Shown: in pieces, positions 10,150-20,697 of the stretch | Layout of the letters: every line of letters starts with the position of its first letter | Numbering within the stretch: position 1 is the stretch's first letter | Assembly (NCBI GenBank): GCA_965237415.1 | Contig: CBDEFM010000002.1 | Location: forward strand, 3,744,001-3,808,000 | From: Alphaproteobacteria bacterium | GTDB lineage: Bacteria; Pseudomonadota; Alphaproteobacteria; UBA828 | DNA: 64,000 bases | Direction of reading: 5' to 3' | Notes under the pieces: model-generated | The model's input: only the letters and a program-made list of their open reading frames with translations | What the model was told of the DNA's origin: nothing | The model's database searches: none | Translations under genes and position numbers: made by a program

Positions 10150-11565
10150 TCGGCTCCGGCAGGCTGTCGCACGAGGAGGTCCAGCGGATGCGGCACGAAA
10201 TGCGCGACCGGCGAGGCGGAAACCGCCCGCTCCGCGTTCGGTGCCTTGCCGGCCGCGAGGGCGAGGCGATGGTCTGGGAGCTGCTGACCTGGCTGGCGCC
10301 GAGGTCACGGCACCTGCAAAGGCGCAGGCCTGCGGCGGTCCTTACCGGCGGAGCACGAACCACAGCGCGATCCCGTGATCGGGCGTCGCGTCATTGTCGG
10401 CAAGTTGGCGGCGGGTCCCGGCAAACGCCGAACCACGCCATTGCGCTTTTCGAACATCGAGCCGCCCTCCGATTTTCAGGGATCAACTGCATGCTCTTCC
10501 TGCATGGATGCGGCCGCGTTCCCGAACAGCTCCCAGGACCGAGTGCTGATGACACGAGTAAGATTTCCCTATGGCATCGCGGCTCCTTTCCGCGGGGCAA
10601 CTCTGTCACGAAGTGACGGCAGGAGACGTCATGGCTCTCGATGCGCGATGTCTTCCGAGCCCGGTGAGTGGATGTCCATCGGACGCGGACGAGAGATCGT
10701 CGGTTCGTTGAGTTGGTCCGCCTTCCCGCCACCTGAGATCGGCCTGTTCGTCGGCCGGAACGGACCGCGACGCGGTGGTCTCAGAATATTGAAACACCGG
10801 ATCGGGGCCGACGCCCGGCAGTCGGCGATATCTTCATCCTGGATGAGACCGGTGTGCGGAGTCCGACGTGTGTGACTGCCGATTCCGATAGCACCTGTTA
10901 CGGTAGCCAAAGCGGTGAAGGTTGGCGGCCGAAATTCGATAAGCTTCCGGTGGAGGCCGCAAGCTATTGGACGTCGCAACGCCTCGTTCGGATTGTGTTT
11001 CTTGGTATCAGATCGCAGGGGTGTCAAACGGTGGACAATCTTACGGCCATCGCCGCCTTGTCGCCTTGAGGAGGGCGCGCGCCCGCCGCTTGGCGGTGGT
11101 GAGCGCGGAGCGAGTGCCGTGGATCAGCAGCGCGCGTACTACCGCACCGGAGGCCGCAAGCCAGCGGTGCCCCGGCGCGGTGTGCAAATTTGGGTTACCG
11201 ATGACAGTGTGAGACGGACGGCCCAATTGGGGGTATTGCAGCGCAGCGCCCGCCGATCGCTCAAATGCGAGTGCCCGGGCGAGGCTGACGCGCGTTCCGG
11301 GCTGAGCCTGGGAAGTTATCTATGATCGTGTTGGTCGTGTTGGGCAGAGTGTGGGGCTGGCGGGAAATCAGGCCGAAAAGTCAATCGAATACGATGGGTT
11401 GCAGGAGAGCCCGAATCCCACCCCCTTACGCCGCCCGCATAGGACGAAGTCTGAGGTAAGGCCGAGTATGCCGAATAAGGTTTGAACCGTGCCTATCCGG
11501 TTAATGCAGACACACACTATATGTAGGATGCTTTGATTCGCCATTTCACGCACACAATCTACCCC

Positions 11566-12752
11566 TAGTCACCTGAATCTAAAGTTCGTGGCATAAGTTT
11601 TGATCGACGCGGAGGCAGAAGCGTTTGACGGCGGCGAGGATGTCGTCGGCCGATTTGGTCCACCTGAAGGGCTTGGGGTCTTGGTTGTGCTTTTCGATGA
11701 AGGCCCGGATATCGGCTTCGAGCTGGCGGGTGGAGGTGTGCACGCCGCGCTGCAACTGCTTTCGCGTCAACTCGGCGAACCAGCGTTCGACCTGATTGAT
11801 CCAGGACGCCGACGTCGGCGTGAAGTGGACATGCCAGTGCGCTCGCCGCGCCAGCCAAGCCTTGACCGCCGCGGTCTTGTGAGTGGCGTAATTGTCCATG
11901 ACGATGTGGACGTCCAGCCCCTCGGGGACCGAGCGGTCGATCTCTTTCAGGAAGTCGAGAAACTCCCTGGCCCGGTGGCGCCTGTAGCACTTGCCGATGA
12001 CGCGGCCCGTGGCGACATCGAGGGCTGCGAACAGCGAGGTGGTGCCGTGACGCTTGTAATCGTGCGTGCGCCGCTCAGGCATGCCCGGCAACATCGGCAG
12101 GACCGGCTGTGTACGGTCGAGCGCCTGGATCTGGCTCTTCTCGTCGACGCAGAGCACCAGCGCGCGGTCCGGCGGCGAGAGATAGAGCCCAACGATGTCG
12201 CGGACCTTGTCCACGAAGTGCGGATCGCCCGACAGCTTGAAGGTCTCCGAGCGGTGCGGCTGCAAGCCGAAGGCGCCCCGGATGCGCCAGATCGTCGTGT
12301 GCGAAAGGCCGCTTTCCCTGGCCATCGAGCGCAACGACCAATGGGTGGCGTCCGCCGGCGTCGCGCTGAGCGTCCGCTCGACAACCTTGGCCACCTGATC
12401 GTCCGTGAGCGTTCGCGGCCGTCCCGGCCGAGGCTCATCCGACAGCCCCTCGATGCGCTCCTTCAGGAAGCGGCGGCGCCACTTGCCGACCGTGTGCTCG
12501 TGCACGCCGATCTCGGCGGCCACCGCCTTGTTGGTCAGGCCGTCTGCGCAGCGCAGGATCATGCGGCAGCGATCGGAGATCGAGCGCGCGACCCGGCGCC
12601 GTCGAGCCTGACGCTCAAGATACGACCGCTCTTCATCGCTCAGAACCAAGACCGCCATCGGCCGGCCAGTACCACGCGCCATCGCAATGACCTCCACAGC
12701 CACACCACGATGAACAGCCTACACTGAGCCTTACTTCAGTGCCAGATGACTA
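11566..12752 (-). mobile_element. IS630-family element, apparently complete
   Basis: Ends TAGTCACCTGAATCT / CAGTGCCAGATGACTA, TA in CTAG context at both ends. Confidence 0.93.
11579..12682 (-). CDS. IS630 transposase
   Basis: HTH plus DDE motifs [24 protein letters not shown]. Confidence 0.95.
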   Translation of the reverse strand: MARGTGRPMAVLVLSDEERSYLERQARRRRVARSISDRCRMILRCADGLTNKAVAAEIGVHEHTVGKWRRRFLKERIEGLSDEPRPGRPRTLTDDQVAKVVERTLSATPADATHWSLRSMARESGLSHTTIWRIRGAFGLQPHRSETFKLSGDPHFVDKVRDIVGLYLSPPDRALVLCVDEKSQIQALDRTQPVLPMLPGMPERRTHDYKRHGTTSLFAALDVATGRVIGKCYRRHRAREFLDFLKEIDRSVPEGLDVHIVMDNYATHKTAAVKAWLARRAHWHVHFTPTSASWINQVERWFAELTRKQLQRGVHTSTRQLEADIRAFIEKHNQDPKPFRWTKSADDILAAVKRFCLRVDQNLCHEL

Positions 12753-12881
12753 GTCATCTGGCACTGAAGTTGAGATCATTATAGATTAGCAGTGCTGCCA
12801 CACTAAGTCGCTCTATTGTCGAAGAATTTAGTCGTTCAACATAGTTAGCTTTATGTGGCGAACTTCAGATTCAGGTGACTA
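12751..12881. mobile_element. 131-bp IS630-derived MITE, copy 1
   Basis: Carries both IS630 termini around an AT-rich core; identical in reverse complement to 51101-51231. Confidence 0.92.
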
Positions 12882-12969
12882 GTGTGTGTATGCGTAAAGC
12901 GGATAGACACGGTTTGAACTACATGGGCGGCTCACATCACTCGACCCACGCTATTCGGTCTTCGCGGCT

Positions 12970-13440
12970 TTGGCCGAACCGTTGCGCTATCGTCGTCTGT
13001 GTGCGGAGCACCAAGTGGCCGACCGCGTCCGTGAGCTGCTCGACACGATGGAGCTGTCGCCGGACTTGATGCTGAGGCGGCCCAATCAGCTCTCAGGCGG
13101 TCAGCGGCAGCGGGTCGGTATCGCCCAAGCCCTCACGCTCGACCCCGAGATCATTATCGCAGACGAGGTGACATCGGCCCTCGACGTCACGATCCAGGCA
13201 TAGATACTCGAGCTCTTCAAGCGGCTGCGAAGAGAGATCAGGTTGACGCTGATTCTCATTTCCCACGATCTTGGTGTCGTCGGTCACCTCAGCGATACAG
13301 TGAAGGTGCTACGGCACGGACGGCTCGTGGAATACGGCGCAGCGGACGATGCGTTCACGCGGCCACGCGACCCTTATACGAAGACCCTACTCGACTCGAT
13401 TCCAAGGCTGACTCGCCGCCTCGCGGCAACCGGTCGACTG
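12970..13440 (+). pseudogene. Peptide ABC ATPase C-terminal fragment
   Basis: [28 protein letters not shown] with TAG at 13201; no Walker A half. Confidence 0.85.
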
Positions 13441-15330
13441 GGAAAGCCGTCGCGACAAGGCTGGGAGAGATCGGTTCCATTGCCCAGCCGATCCATTCCC
13501 GCTGCCGCGCGCGATAGACGGCAATGCCATGGCCGTTGCGGAAGCTGCGTACCCGCGCTTCCGTCCAGGAGTTGCCTCGCCCGGTCTTCTTGCCGAGGCG
13601 GTTGAGCGTGGCCGCGATCCCGCCATCGGGCAGCTGCCTCGCCAGGCCACGAACCAGGTCGACCACCTCGGCGCTCGCCGCCCATCGATGCTGTCCCCTA
13701 CGGTTGCGTGGCACGCTCAGGCGCGTGTGGTCGCCGCCACGCCAGTGGAGAAGAAGGTCGATGCGGCCATCGGCCAGCGTGACGACGATCTCCGCGAGCA
13801 CCGACCGGAGGATGCCCTTGCGCGTCTCGGCGGTTGCATCGGGGTGCGTCCACGCCGTCGCAAGATCGTTACCCAGCGCCATCAGCCGCCCCTTCTCCTT
13901 GCACGACGGGACCTCGGGACGGGCGGCCGCGTTGGTGGCGAGCCGCTCCTCCTGCCGGCGCACCTCCGCCAGCCGGTCGTTCCACCGTCGCTCCAGCTCG
14001 GCCGCCACCAGGCGGTTGGCGGGATCGACGGTATCGTATTGGCGCTGTGCGAGTTCGGCCTCGTAGCGCGCCTGTGTCAGCGCCAGCTCCGCCTGCCGCC
14101 GGGTCTCGGTGTTGTCGCTCTCTCGCATCTCGATAGCGGCCAGCGCCGCCTCGACCCCGAGCGGGCACAGCAGTCGCAGCACGGCGTCGCCGACGGCGGC
14201 ATCCACCCGCAGGCCGCCGAAGCCGATGCAGCGCCCGGTTCCGTGGTTGACGTGTGCACCGTGGCAGCCGTAGCGGACGCAGTACCCCTTGGTCCCGCTG
14301 TAGTGGACATGCACGCGTCGGCCGCAGTGTCCGCAGCGCAGCAGGCCCGCAAGCAGCGCATCGCCTCGGCGGACGGCGCCCCTTGCCATCAGGCCCCGGC
14401 AGTTGGCGTTGTCGGCGATCAGCCGCTGGTTCCTCTCGAACTCGTCCCAGGAAACGTAGCCGTCGTGGTGATCCCGGATCAATACGTCCCACTCCGAGCG
14501 GTCGCGGCGGAAGCCGCGGGTCACGCGCTTGCGCCCGTTCTCGACGGTCACCCGGCTTTCCGTCCGGCCGAACGCGTACGCGCCGCCGTATACCGGGTTG
14601 GTCAACAGCTTGTGGACGGTGCCGTAGACCGGCGGCTTCCAGACAATGCGGCGCTCCTCGCCAACGATACTCACGGCCGGCAGCGGCACGTCCTCCTGCC
14701 TCAGCCACAGGTGAACCTGGCGGATGCTCCGGAACTCCGCGAACTTGCGGAACACGAGATCGATCGCCTCTCGCACGCGCCGATCGGGATCCTTGGCGAT
14801 CCGGTCGCGCCGGACCTTCACGTAGCCCACCGCGACGGTGAGGAACAGCTCGCCGCGGGACGCCTTCAGGCGAAGCGCTTCGAGCGAGCGCTGGCGCAGC
14901 GTCGAGAGCTCCATCTCCGACAGCGTCCCCTTCATACCGAGCAACAGCCGGTCGTTCGGCAGGCGAGGATCGTACAAGCCGTCATCGTCGCCCAGCAGAC
15001 AGCCCACAAGCGCGCAGAACTCCAGCAACGTGTGCCAGTCACGGCCGTTTCGAGCGAGCCTCGAAGCCTCCAGCGACAGCACGATGCCGACACGCCCTTC
15101 GCAGATCGACACCAGCAGCCGTTCGAAGCCCGGCCGCGACGTCCCGCCGCCGGAGCGGCCGAGATCCTCGTCGATCACCACGGGCTCGTCCCAGCCCAGG
15201 CCGCGGGCCCGATCCGCAAGTCCATACTGACGGCGGCGGCTCTCGTGATTGTTCCGCAGCTGATCCGGCGTCGACTGCCGGATGTAGACGACCGCGTCGC
15301 GCGCCAGGTGGTCAGGCGCGATCTTGTTCA
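13355..15330 (-). CDS. Large serine recombinase with its C-terminal HTH replaced by unrelated read-through
   Basis: YIRQST catalytic motif, CGHC zinc ribbon, coiled coil; diverges from copy 2 after IAVYR. Confidence 0.85.
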
Positions 15331-15497
15331 TCGCCTGCCTCCTTCTCCGTGGCCGTCCCGTCCGCCATGTCCTCGGTCGGGTTCGTCGCCGCTTCGAGCA
15401 GCAGCGCCGCAAGCATCGGGATCACCGCCCCGCGCATCGCCGGCGTCAGTGTCGGACCCGGCTCCAGCTGGTCCAGAAGGTCCCCCTGTCTTCCCAT
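15312..15497 (-). CDS. Small accessory ORF of the recombinase element
   Basis: MGRQGDLL...EAGDEQDRA, conserved in copy 2. Confidence 0.55.
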   Translation of the reverse strand: MGRQGDLLDQLEPGPTLTPAMRGAVIPMLAALLLEAATNPTEDMADGTATEKEAGDEQDRA

Positions 15498-15800
15498 GTC
15501 GCTCTCCCAAGTCCATGTGGGAGGGCAATGGTAGAACGGCGTCAAGCACCGAACGGAGGTCGCGCAAAGCGACCAGCGCGACGCGCGGCCGATCCGTCAC
15601 CGTCATCGCCGACGCGTCCGGGGAACACATCCAGGTCGGTATCTGCGCCAATGTGCCGTCCGGCTGGCGGACGACGTAGATCATGATCCCTTTGAAGCGG
15701 TGGCGCCGAACCACCTCCACGCGCTGGCCCGTCCGCGGGTGGAAGGGGTAGTGGATCTTGACCGGATCGCCCTGATAGCGGGCAGTATGTGGCTGTTCCG
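15327..15800 (-). CDS. DUF5372/Y4bD-like accessory ORF lacking its 5' start
   Basis: Frame open to the element end, includes IHYPFHPRTG upstream of the first GTG. Confidence 0.6.
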
Positions 15801-16503
15801 ACCGGCACGGGCAAGACCCATGTCGCCCTGGGGCTCGGGCTGGCCGCCTGCCAGAGGGGCCTCTCTACGGGCTTCACCACGGCCGCCGCGCTCGTGCACG
15901 AGTTGATGGAAGCCCGCGACGAGCGCCGCCTCCTGCGGCTCCAGAAGCAGATGGTCGCCTGCACGCTGCTAATCATCGACGAGTTGGGCTTCGTGCCGCT
16001 GAGCAAGACCGGCGCCGAGCTTCTGTTCGAGCTGATCTCGCAGCGCTACGAGCGGGGCGCCACGCTCATCACCTCCAACCTCCCCTTCGACGAATGGACC
16101 GGGACCTTCGGCTCCGAGCGCCTGACCGGGGCGCTGCTCGACCGTCTCACCCATCACGTCAACATCCTCGAGATGAACGGCGACAGCTACCGCCTCAGCC
16201 AGAGCCGCGCCCGCAGAAACAGCGCCGATAGCTGAACTCCGGCGCGCCACCGATCGGCCCCGGCCGGCAACGCGCCTCTAAGGCCCGGGTGGCGAGACTG
16301 ACCCCAACCCGACAAACCATGCCGCCCTGCGGGCGGGCGGCGGGCGCGGACCGCTTGAGCTCTGCATGGCTCCGCTGCCCGCTCCCGCCGAAAAACCCTC
16401 GCACCGCGTCTCCGAATCCCAGTCTCACGCCAAGCTCAGCCCACCAGCCCAGGTGGCAGTCTTTTGCGCCGCCCCTTGGCCGAATCTTCAACCGGCGTTG
16501 ACA
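15801..16503 (+). mobile_element. istB: IS21-family remnant: istB 3' part plus right end
   Basis: TGTGKTH, LLIIDELG, TSNLPF, ALLDRL; terminus ...GGCGTTGACA. Confidence 0.9.
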
Positions 16504-16889
16504 AACGAGACGAATAAGGACCCCCCGATTTCATCTCGTGGGACGGCTATGGCCGGTTGTGGTAGCAGTGCCTGTCGTGGCTGACACACGCGGCGAGTTT
16601 CTGATTCTGATCCATCACGTTGCCTGCTACAGGATCGCGTGCGGCAAGTCGGGCCACGCGTAGGCCAAGGCGGCCATAGCCAGGCACACGGTAAGCGCTG
16701 CGAGCACACCATCTTTCATTCATTGACGGGCTGCTGTTGAACGATCCTCTTGGAGGGGAGGATGAGGTAGTGCGCCACGATTTCTCGCTCTATTCCAACG
16801 TCGCCGCTCGATGCAGCGCTTCTTGCGCCTGTGCTTGTCAGCGGCGAAAGCGGCGGCCGGGCCTCGTGTAAAGCGGCCGGTACCGAGAG

Positions 16890-17624
16890 TCAGAAGTGCG
16901 ATTGATCGTCGACCACGGCCTCGTCGAAACCGAAATAGGCCTTTTCGAGCTGCTCGTCCGTGAGGTCGCTGCTCTTGCCCTCCAGTTCGATCTGGCCTCG
17001 GCGCATGATGTATATCCGATCACTGTTTTCCAACGCGCGGTGCGTGCTTTGTTCGACCACGAGCAACGTCATGCGCTCATCGCACAAGGCCCTCAGGGTC
17101 TCGTAGACCGTGTCCACAATCATGGGCCCAAGGCCGAGCGAGGGCTCGTCGAGCAGGATCAGGCGCGGACCCGTCATCAACGCCCGTGCGATCACCAGCT
17201 GCTGCTGCTCACCGCCAGACAGCTTGCCGCCGGGCGTCGACAGCTTGTCCCGTAAGAACGGAAAGATGCTCAGCATGCGTTGGAAATCCTCCTCGATACG
17301 GGAGCGATCGCGACGCATCTGGCTACCGAGCCGGATATTCTCCTCAACGGTCAACTGTGTGAACACGTTCCGGCCCTCCGGCACGAGCGAGAGGCCCATG
17401 CGGGCAATATTTTCCGGCGCGTGGCCCGTGATCGAGCGGCCCAGCAGCTTGATGGTTCCTTCCGTAGGAGTGAGTGAGCCCGCGATACTGCGTAACGTGG
17501 TTGACTTGCCCGCACCGTTGGGGCCGACGATGCAGACCATCTCGCCTTCGTCCACCCGAACCGAGACTCCACGTACGGCCCGCACGCGGCCGTAGCGGAC
17601 ATGGATGTTTTCAACTTCGAGCAT
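16890..17624 (-). CDS. Liv-type ABC ATPase (LivF-like)
   Basis: GPNGAGKST, LSGGEQQ, LDEPSLGL. Confidence 0.92.
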   Translation of the reverse strand: MLEVENIHVRYGRVRAVRGVSVRVDEGEMVCIVGPNGAGKSTTLRSIAGSLTPTEGTIKLLGRSITGHAPENIARMGLSLVPEGRNVFTQLTVEENIRLGSQMRRDRSRIEEDFQRMLSIFPFLRDKLSTPGGKLSGGEQQQLVIARALMTGPRLILLDEPSLGLGPMIVDTVYETLRALCDERMTLLVVEQSTHRALENSDRIYIMRRGQIELEGKSSDLTDEQLEKAYFGFDEAVVDDQSHF

Positions 17625-18375
17625 CTTGCGGTTTTGACCCCAGGTAGGCCCGGATCACGTCGGGATTGGTTTGGATCTCCCCCGGTGGGCCCTCAGCTAC
17701 CGAGTGCCCGCTCTCAATCACATGAATGCGCTCGCATACCCCCATGATCACGCGCATGTTGTGTTCGATCAACAGCACGCCGCAGCTGAAATCCGTCGGG
17801 ATACGGGCAATAAGCTGCATGACGTCGTCGCACTCGGCGTCGGTCAGGCCAGCAGCAGGCTCGTCTAGAAGCACGAATTGAGGCGCGCTTGCGAGTGCGC
17901 GGCCAATACCGACACGTCGCTCGTCGCCATACGGCAAGCTATCAGCGAGGTCGTACGCTTTGTGCTCAAAATGCATCCACTCCAGGATGTCCATGGCCCG
18001 TTTTTCCGCTGCCCGGCGCGTGAGCCCGTTTCCCACTGCGGCGATTTCGAGATTCTCTAGCACTGATAGGTCGCGGAACAAGCGGACCGCCTGGAAGGTG
18101 CGCGCGAGCCCCGCGCGACCGATCCTGTAGGGCGGCCAGTCTGTGATGTCACGACCGCCGAGAGTGACTGTTCCGGCTGTCGCCTTTTGAAAGCCGGTGA
18201 GCACGTTGACCAGCGTCGTCTTGCCCGAACCGTTGGGGCCGATGAGACCGAAGATCTCCGTCCGGCCGAGGGAAATGCTCAGACCGTTAAGAGCTGCCAA
18301 ACCCTCGAATTGCACCGAGATATCAAGTGCCTCAAGGAGCTCGGCATCCGAGCTGTCTGTCGAGGTCTCGCTCAT
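17611..18375 (-). CDS. Liv-type ABC ATPase (LivG-like), start uncertain
   Basis: GPNGSGKTT, ARTFQ, LPYG, LDEPAAG. Confidence 0.9.
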   Translation of the reverse strand: MSETSTDSSDAELLEALDISVQFEGLAALNGLSISLGRTEIFGLIGPNGSGKTTLVNVLTGFQKATAGTVTLGGRDITDWPPYRIGRAGLARTFQAVRLFRDLSVLENLEIAAVGNGLTRRAAEKRAMDILEWMHFEHKAYDLADSLPYGDERRVGIGRALASAPQFVLLDEPAAGLTDAECDDVMQLIARIPTDFSCGVLLIEHNMRVIMGVCERIHVIESGHSVAEGPPGEIQTNPDVIRAYLGSKPQDARS

Positions 18376-18433
18376 GTGCCGTTGCACGTCCTCCATTCGC
18401 CTCTGGGGCATGGTTTCAGTCTCCCGTCCGCGC

Positions 18434-19513
18434 CTACTCGGCACCTGCCTCGAGGGCTCGCGGCGGGACACTCCGGGCAGGCTTAGGCGGTCCGAAGGGC
18501 CAGGGTATCTCGCGTCCGCCCATGATGCCTGCCGGTCTGAAGATCATGATCGCCAGCATTACGCCGCCAAGAATAATCTCCTGCAAGCCCAGCGGTAACT
18601 GAATGAGCGCCGAGCCGATCTCCGCGCCCTTCTCTAGTTGGCGGAAGACTTCCGTCACCGCGGTGATGACGATAACCCCCACGACCGCGCCTGCCAGCGA
18701 GTTCTGGCCCCCCACGACGAGCATGGCGAGCGTGATGAAGGTGAGCTGAATCCAGAAAGCGTTGACGGTGAGTATCCCGAGGAAGTGACCGTGCAGCACG
18801 CCCCCAATGCCGACGACGAAGCCGCTTAGCGTGAAGGCGATGACGCGCTGCATGTAGACGTTGACGCCAAAGGCGCGCGCTGCCACCTCGTCCTCGCGCG
18901 AGGCACGCAGCGCCAAGCCCAAACGGGATATCTGGTAAAGGTAGGCGATGGCCAAGACGACCAACGCCCAATAGAACACGACCCACATATCGACATACAT
19001 TGGCAGCCCAATGATCGAGCTCGTACCCAGCGTGACCCTCTCCCAGTTGTTGTAGATGGTGTAGCCCATGGCCATCGCCGCAAACGTAGCTATGCTGATG
19101 GCGATAGGATTCGTGCGCATGATGGCCAGCGCGAGGACGAAGGAGACAGCAGCGGCGAGCAGCCCGGCGAGAATGAGTGCCGGCAGAGGATCGAGTTGTG
19201 CCGCGATCAGAAAGTCGGGCAAACCCGGCAACGTGAACCTCTTCAAGCTAGGCAGAAGGGTCAACCACGCCGCGGCGTAGGCGCCGATCATCATGTAGAC
19301 GATGCTGCCGAAGGAAAGAACGCCCGAATTACCCATGAAGATATAAATTCCGACGACGACGATCAGCTTGATAAGCCCGTCGGCGACCGTGCGCTGCATG
19401 AGGATACCTCCCGAAGCATCCACGGCAACGACGATGATCAGCAAGATGACGGCTAAGGACGCAAAGGGCCAAATCCGGCGCAGCTGCCTCTCAACCGGCC
19501 CCATTCCTCGCAT
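18434..19513 (-). CDS. Liv-type permease (LivM-like)
   Basis: GLALRASREDEVAA, FRPAGI. Confidence 0.9.
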   Translation of the reverse strand: MRGMGPVERQLRRIWPFASLAVILLIIVVAVDASGGILMQRTVADGLIKLIVVVGIYIFMGNSGVLSFGSIVYMMIGAYAAAWLTLLPSLKRFTLPGLPDFLIAAQLDPLPALILAGLLAAAVSFVLALAIMRTNPIAISIATFAAMAMGYTIYNNWERVTLGTSSIIGLPMYVDMWVVFYWALVVLAIAYLYQISRLGLALRASREDEVAARAFGVNVYMQRVIAFTLSGFVVGIGGVLHGHFLGILTVNAFWIQLTFITLAMLVVGGQNSLAGAVVGVIVITAVTEVFRQLEKGAEIGSALIQLPLGLQEIILGGVMLAIMIFRPAGIMGGREIPWPFGPPKPARSVPPRALEAGAE

Positions 19514-20428
19514 CTAGACGCGTTCCCTAACGGCTTTGGTCACGATCAGACCCTGCGGCCGGAAAATCAACACCAGGATAACGAAGCCGAAGACAAACGC
19601 GTCGCGTGTCAACTTGTAGTCATCCGGAAGTACGGTCTGAAGGGTAGTGCTCATCACGCCCACCAGGAAGCCCCCGGCCGCAGCCCCAAATAGACTTCCC
19701 ATGCCTCCGATTACCGTCGAGATGAAGGCAATAATCACCAGATTGAGGCTCATCCGAAAGCTCAGCACACCAGTTTGTGTGATGAAGATGAGCGAGACCA
19801 CAGCAGCCAACATGCCGCTTATGGCGAATGCCAATGCGATCACCGTGTTAGCCCGCACGCCCAGGAGGCGCGCCGTCTCGAAGTCCTCGGCTGCCGCGCG
19901 CATCTGGACGCCGTAAGCAGTGCGCTTCAAAAATAGTGCAAGGCCCCCCAGCAGCGTGATCGCCGCACCGATTGCTACGAGTTGGATGGCGGGAACGCGC
20001 AGTCCCACAAACTCGATGTGCCTGGCAAGCGAGATACCGACATTTACGGCTTTGGGGCGGCCGGTGTAGATCAAGATAATAATATGCTGAAACACGTAGC
20101 TGACCGCAAAAGATGCGATCAGTAAGCTCGCCATGTTCGCGCCCCTCAGCGGGCGAAACGCGATGACCTCGGTCAGGAGTGCGATGACGATAACGATCGA
20201 TATAATAGCTGGAATCAGAAAAATTGCAGGCCAAGTACCAATAAATGGGGTCGCTACCACGGCAGCAGCCGGCACGATAAGCGCATAGGCGCCTATGGTT
20301 ATGAAGTCGCCATGCGCAAAATTGATCAGTCTCAGGATGCCGAATATGAGACCGATCCCGAGTGCCGTTAGGGAATACATACTGCCGAGACTTATGGCAT
20401 CGATGGCAATCTGTACAACGAACGTCAT
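19514..20428 (-). CDS. Liv-type permease (LivH-like)
   Basis: INFAHGD, GGMGS, RPQGL. Confidence 0.92.
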   Translation of the reverse strand: MTFVVQIAIDAISLGSMYSLTALGIGLIFGILRLINFAHGDFITIGAYALIVPAAAVVATPFIGTWPAIFLIPAIISIVIVIALLTEVIAFRPLRGANMASLLIASFAVSYVFQHIIILIYTGRPKAVNVGISLARHIEFVGLRVPAIQLVAIGAAITLLGGLALFLKRTAYGVQMRAAAEDFETARLLGVRANTVIALAFAISGMLAAVVSLIFITQTGVLSFRMSLNLVIIAFISTVIGGMGSLFGAAAGGFLVGVMSTTLQTVLPDDYKLTRDAFVFGFVILVLIFRPQGLIVTKAVRERV

Positions 20429-20478
20429 GACGGATAATCTGCCATTCTCACGGGTGCATTCACACTCGTGTTAGCTCG

Positions 20479-20528
20479 GACATTGAATGTTGGATTAGGT
20501 TTTGACACTGAATGTTGGATTAGGCTTT
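20479..20528. repeat. 25-bp tandem duplication
   Basis: GACATTGAATGTTGGATTAGGTTTT followed by GACACTGAATGTTGGATTAGGCTTT. Confidence 0.85.
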
Positions 20529-20697
20529 AAGGGCGTAGGTGAACGCACGCATCTCCGGGCCGCCGCCGGTTGGGAAGGGAAGCTGCCACTCTCCCCGCCT
20601 AGAATCCCCGACAGGGCCGCGGAAAGAGACGAGGACGAGGCTCGGTCCGACGGCTCCGGAATGAGCCCCGTCCCCTTCAATTTAAGACGCTATACAA

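Larger units (their letters stand above)
13510..15802 (-). mobile_element. Serine-recombinase element copy 1, distal end truncated
   Basis: Same gene order and end (CGGAACAGCCACA) as 24524-27088; similarity stops at about 13510. Confidence 0.85.

Noticed and set aside
11040-11140. IS110 transposase remnant (RALLIHGTRSAL, minus strand)
   Set aside because: Single short motif with no ends or bridge-RNA region identifiable.
13529-15679. Long antisense ORFs (also 29562-31430, 31298-33484, 33802-35898, 51548-53236)
   Set aside because: Shadow frames of real genes in high-GC DNA with no recognisable motifs.
15789-16235. Functional short IstB started from a GTG in the element end (also 24091-24537)
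   Set aside because: No clear RBS; it would lack the N-terminal domain and the first Walker A glycine. The frame probably just reflects the junction.
20479-20528. CRISPR array
   Set aside because: Two adjacent copies, no spacers and no cas genes.
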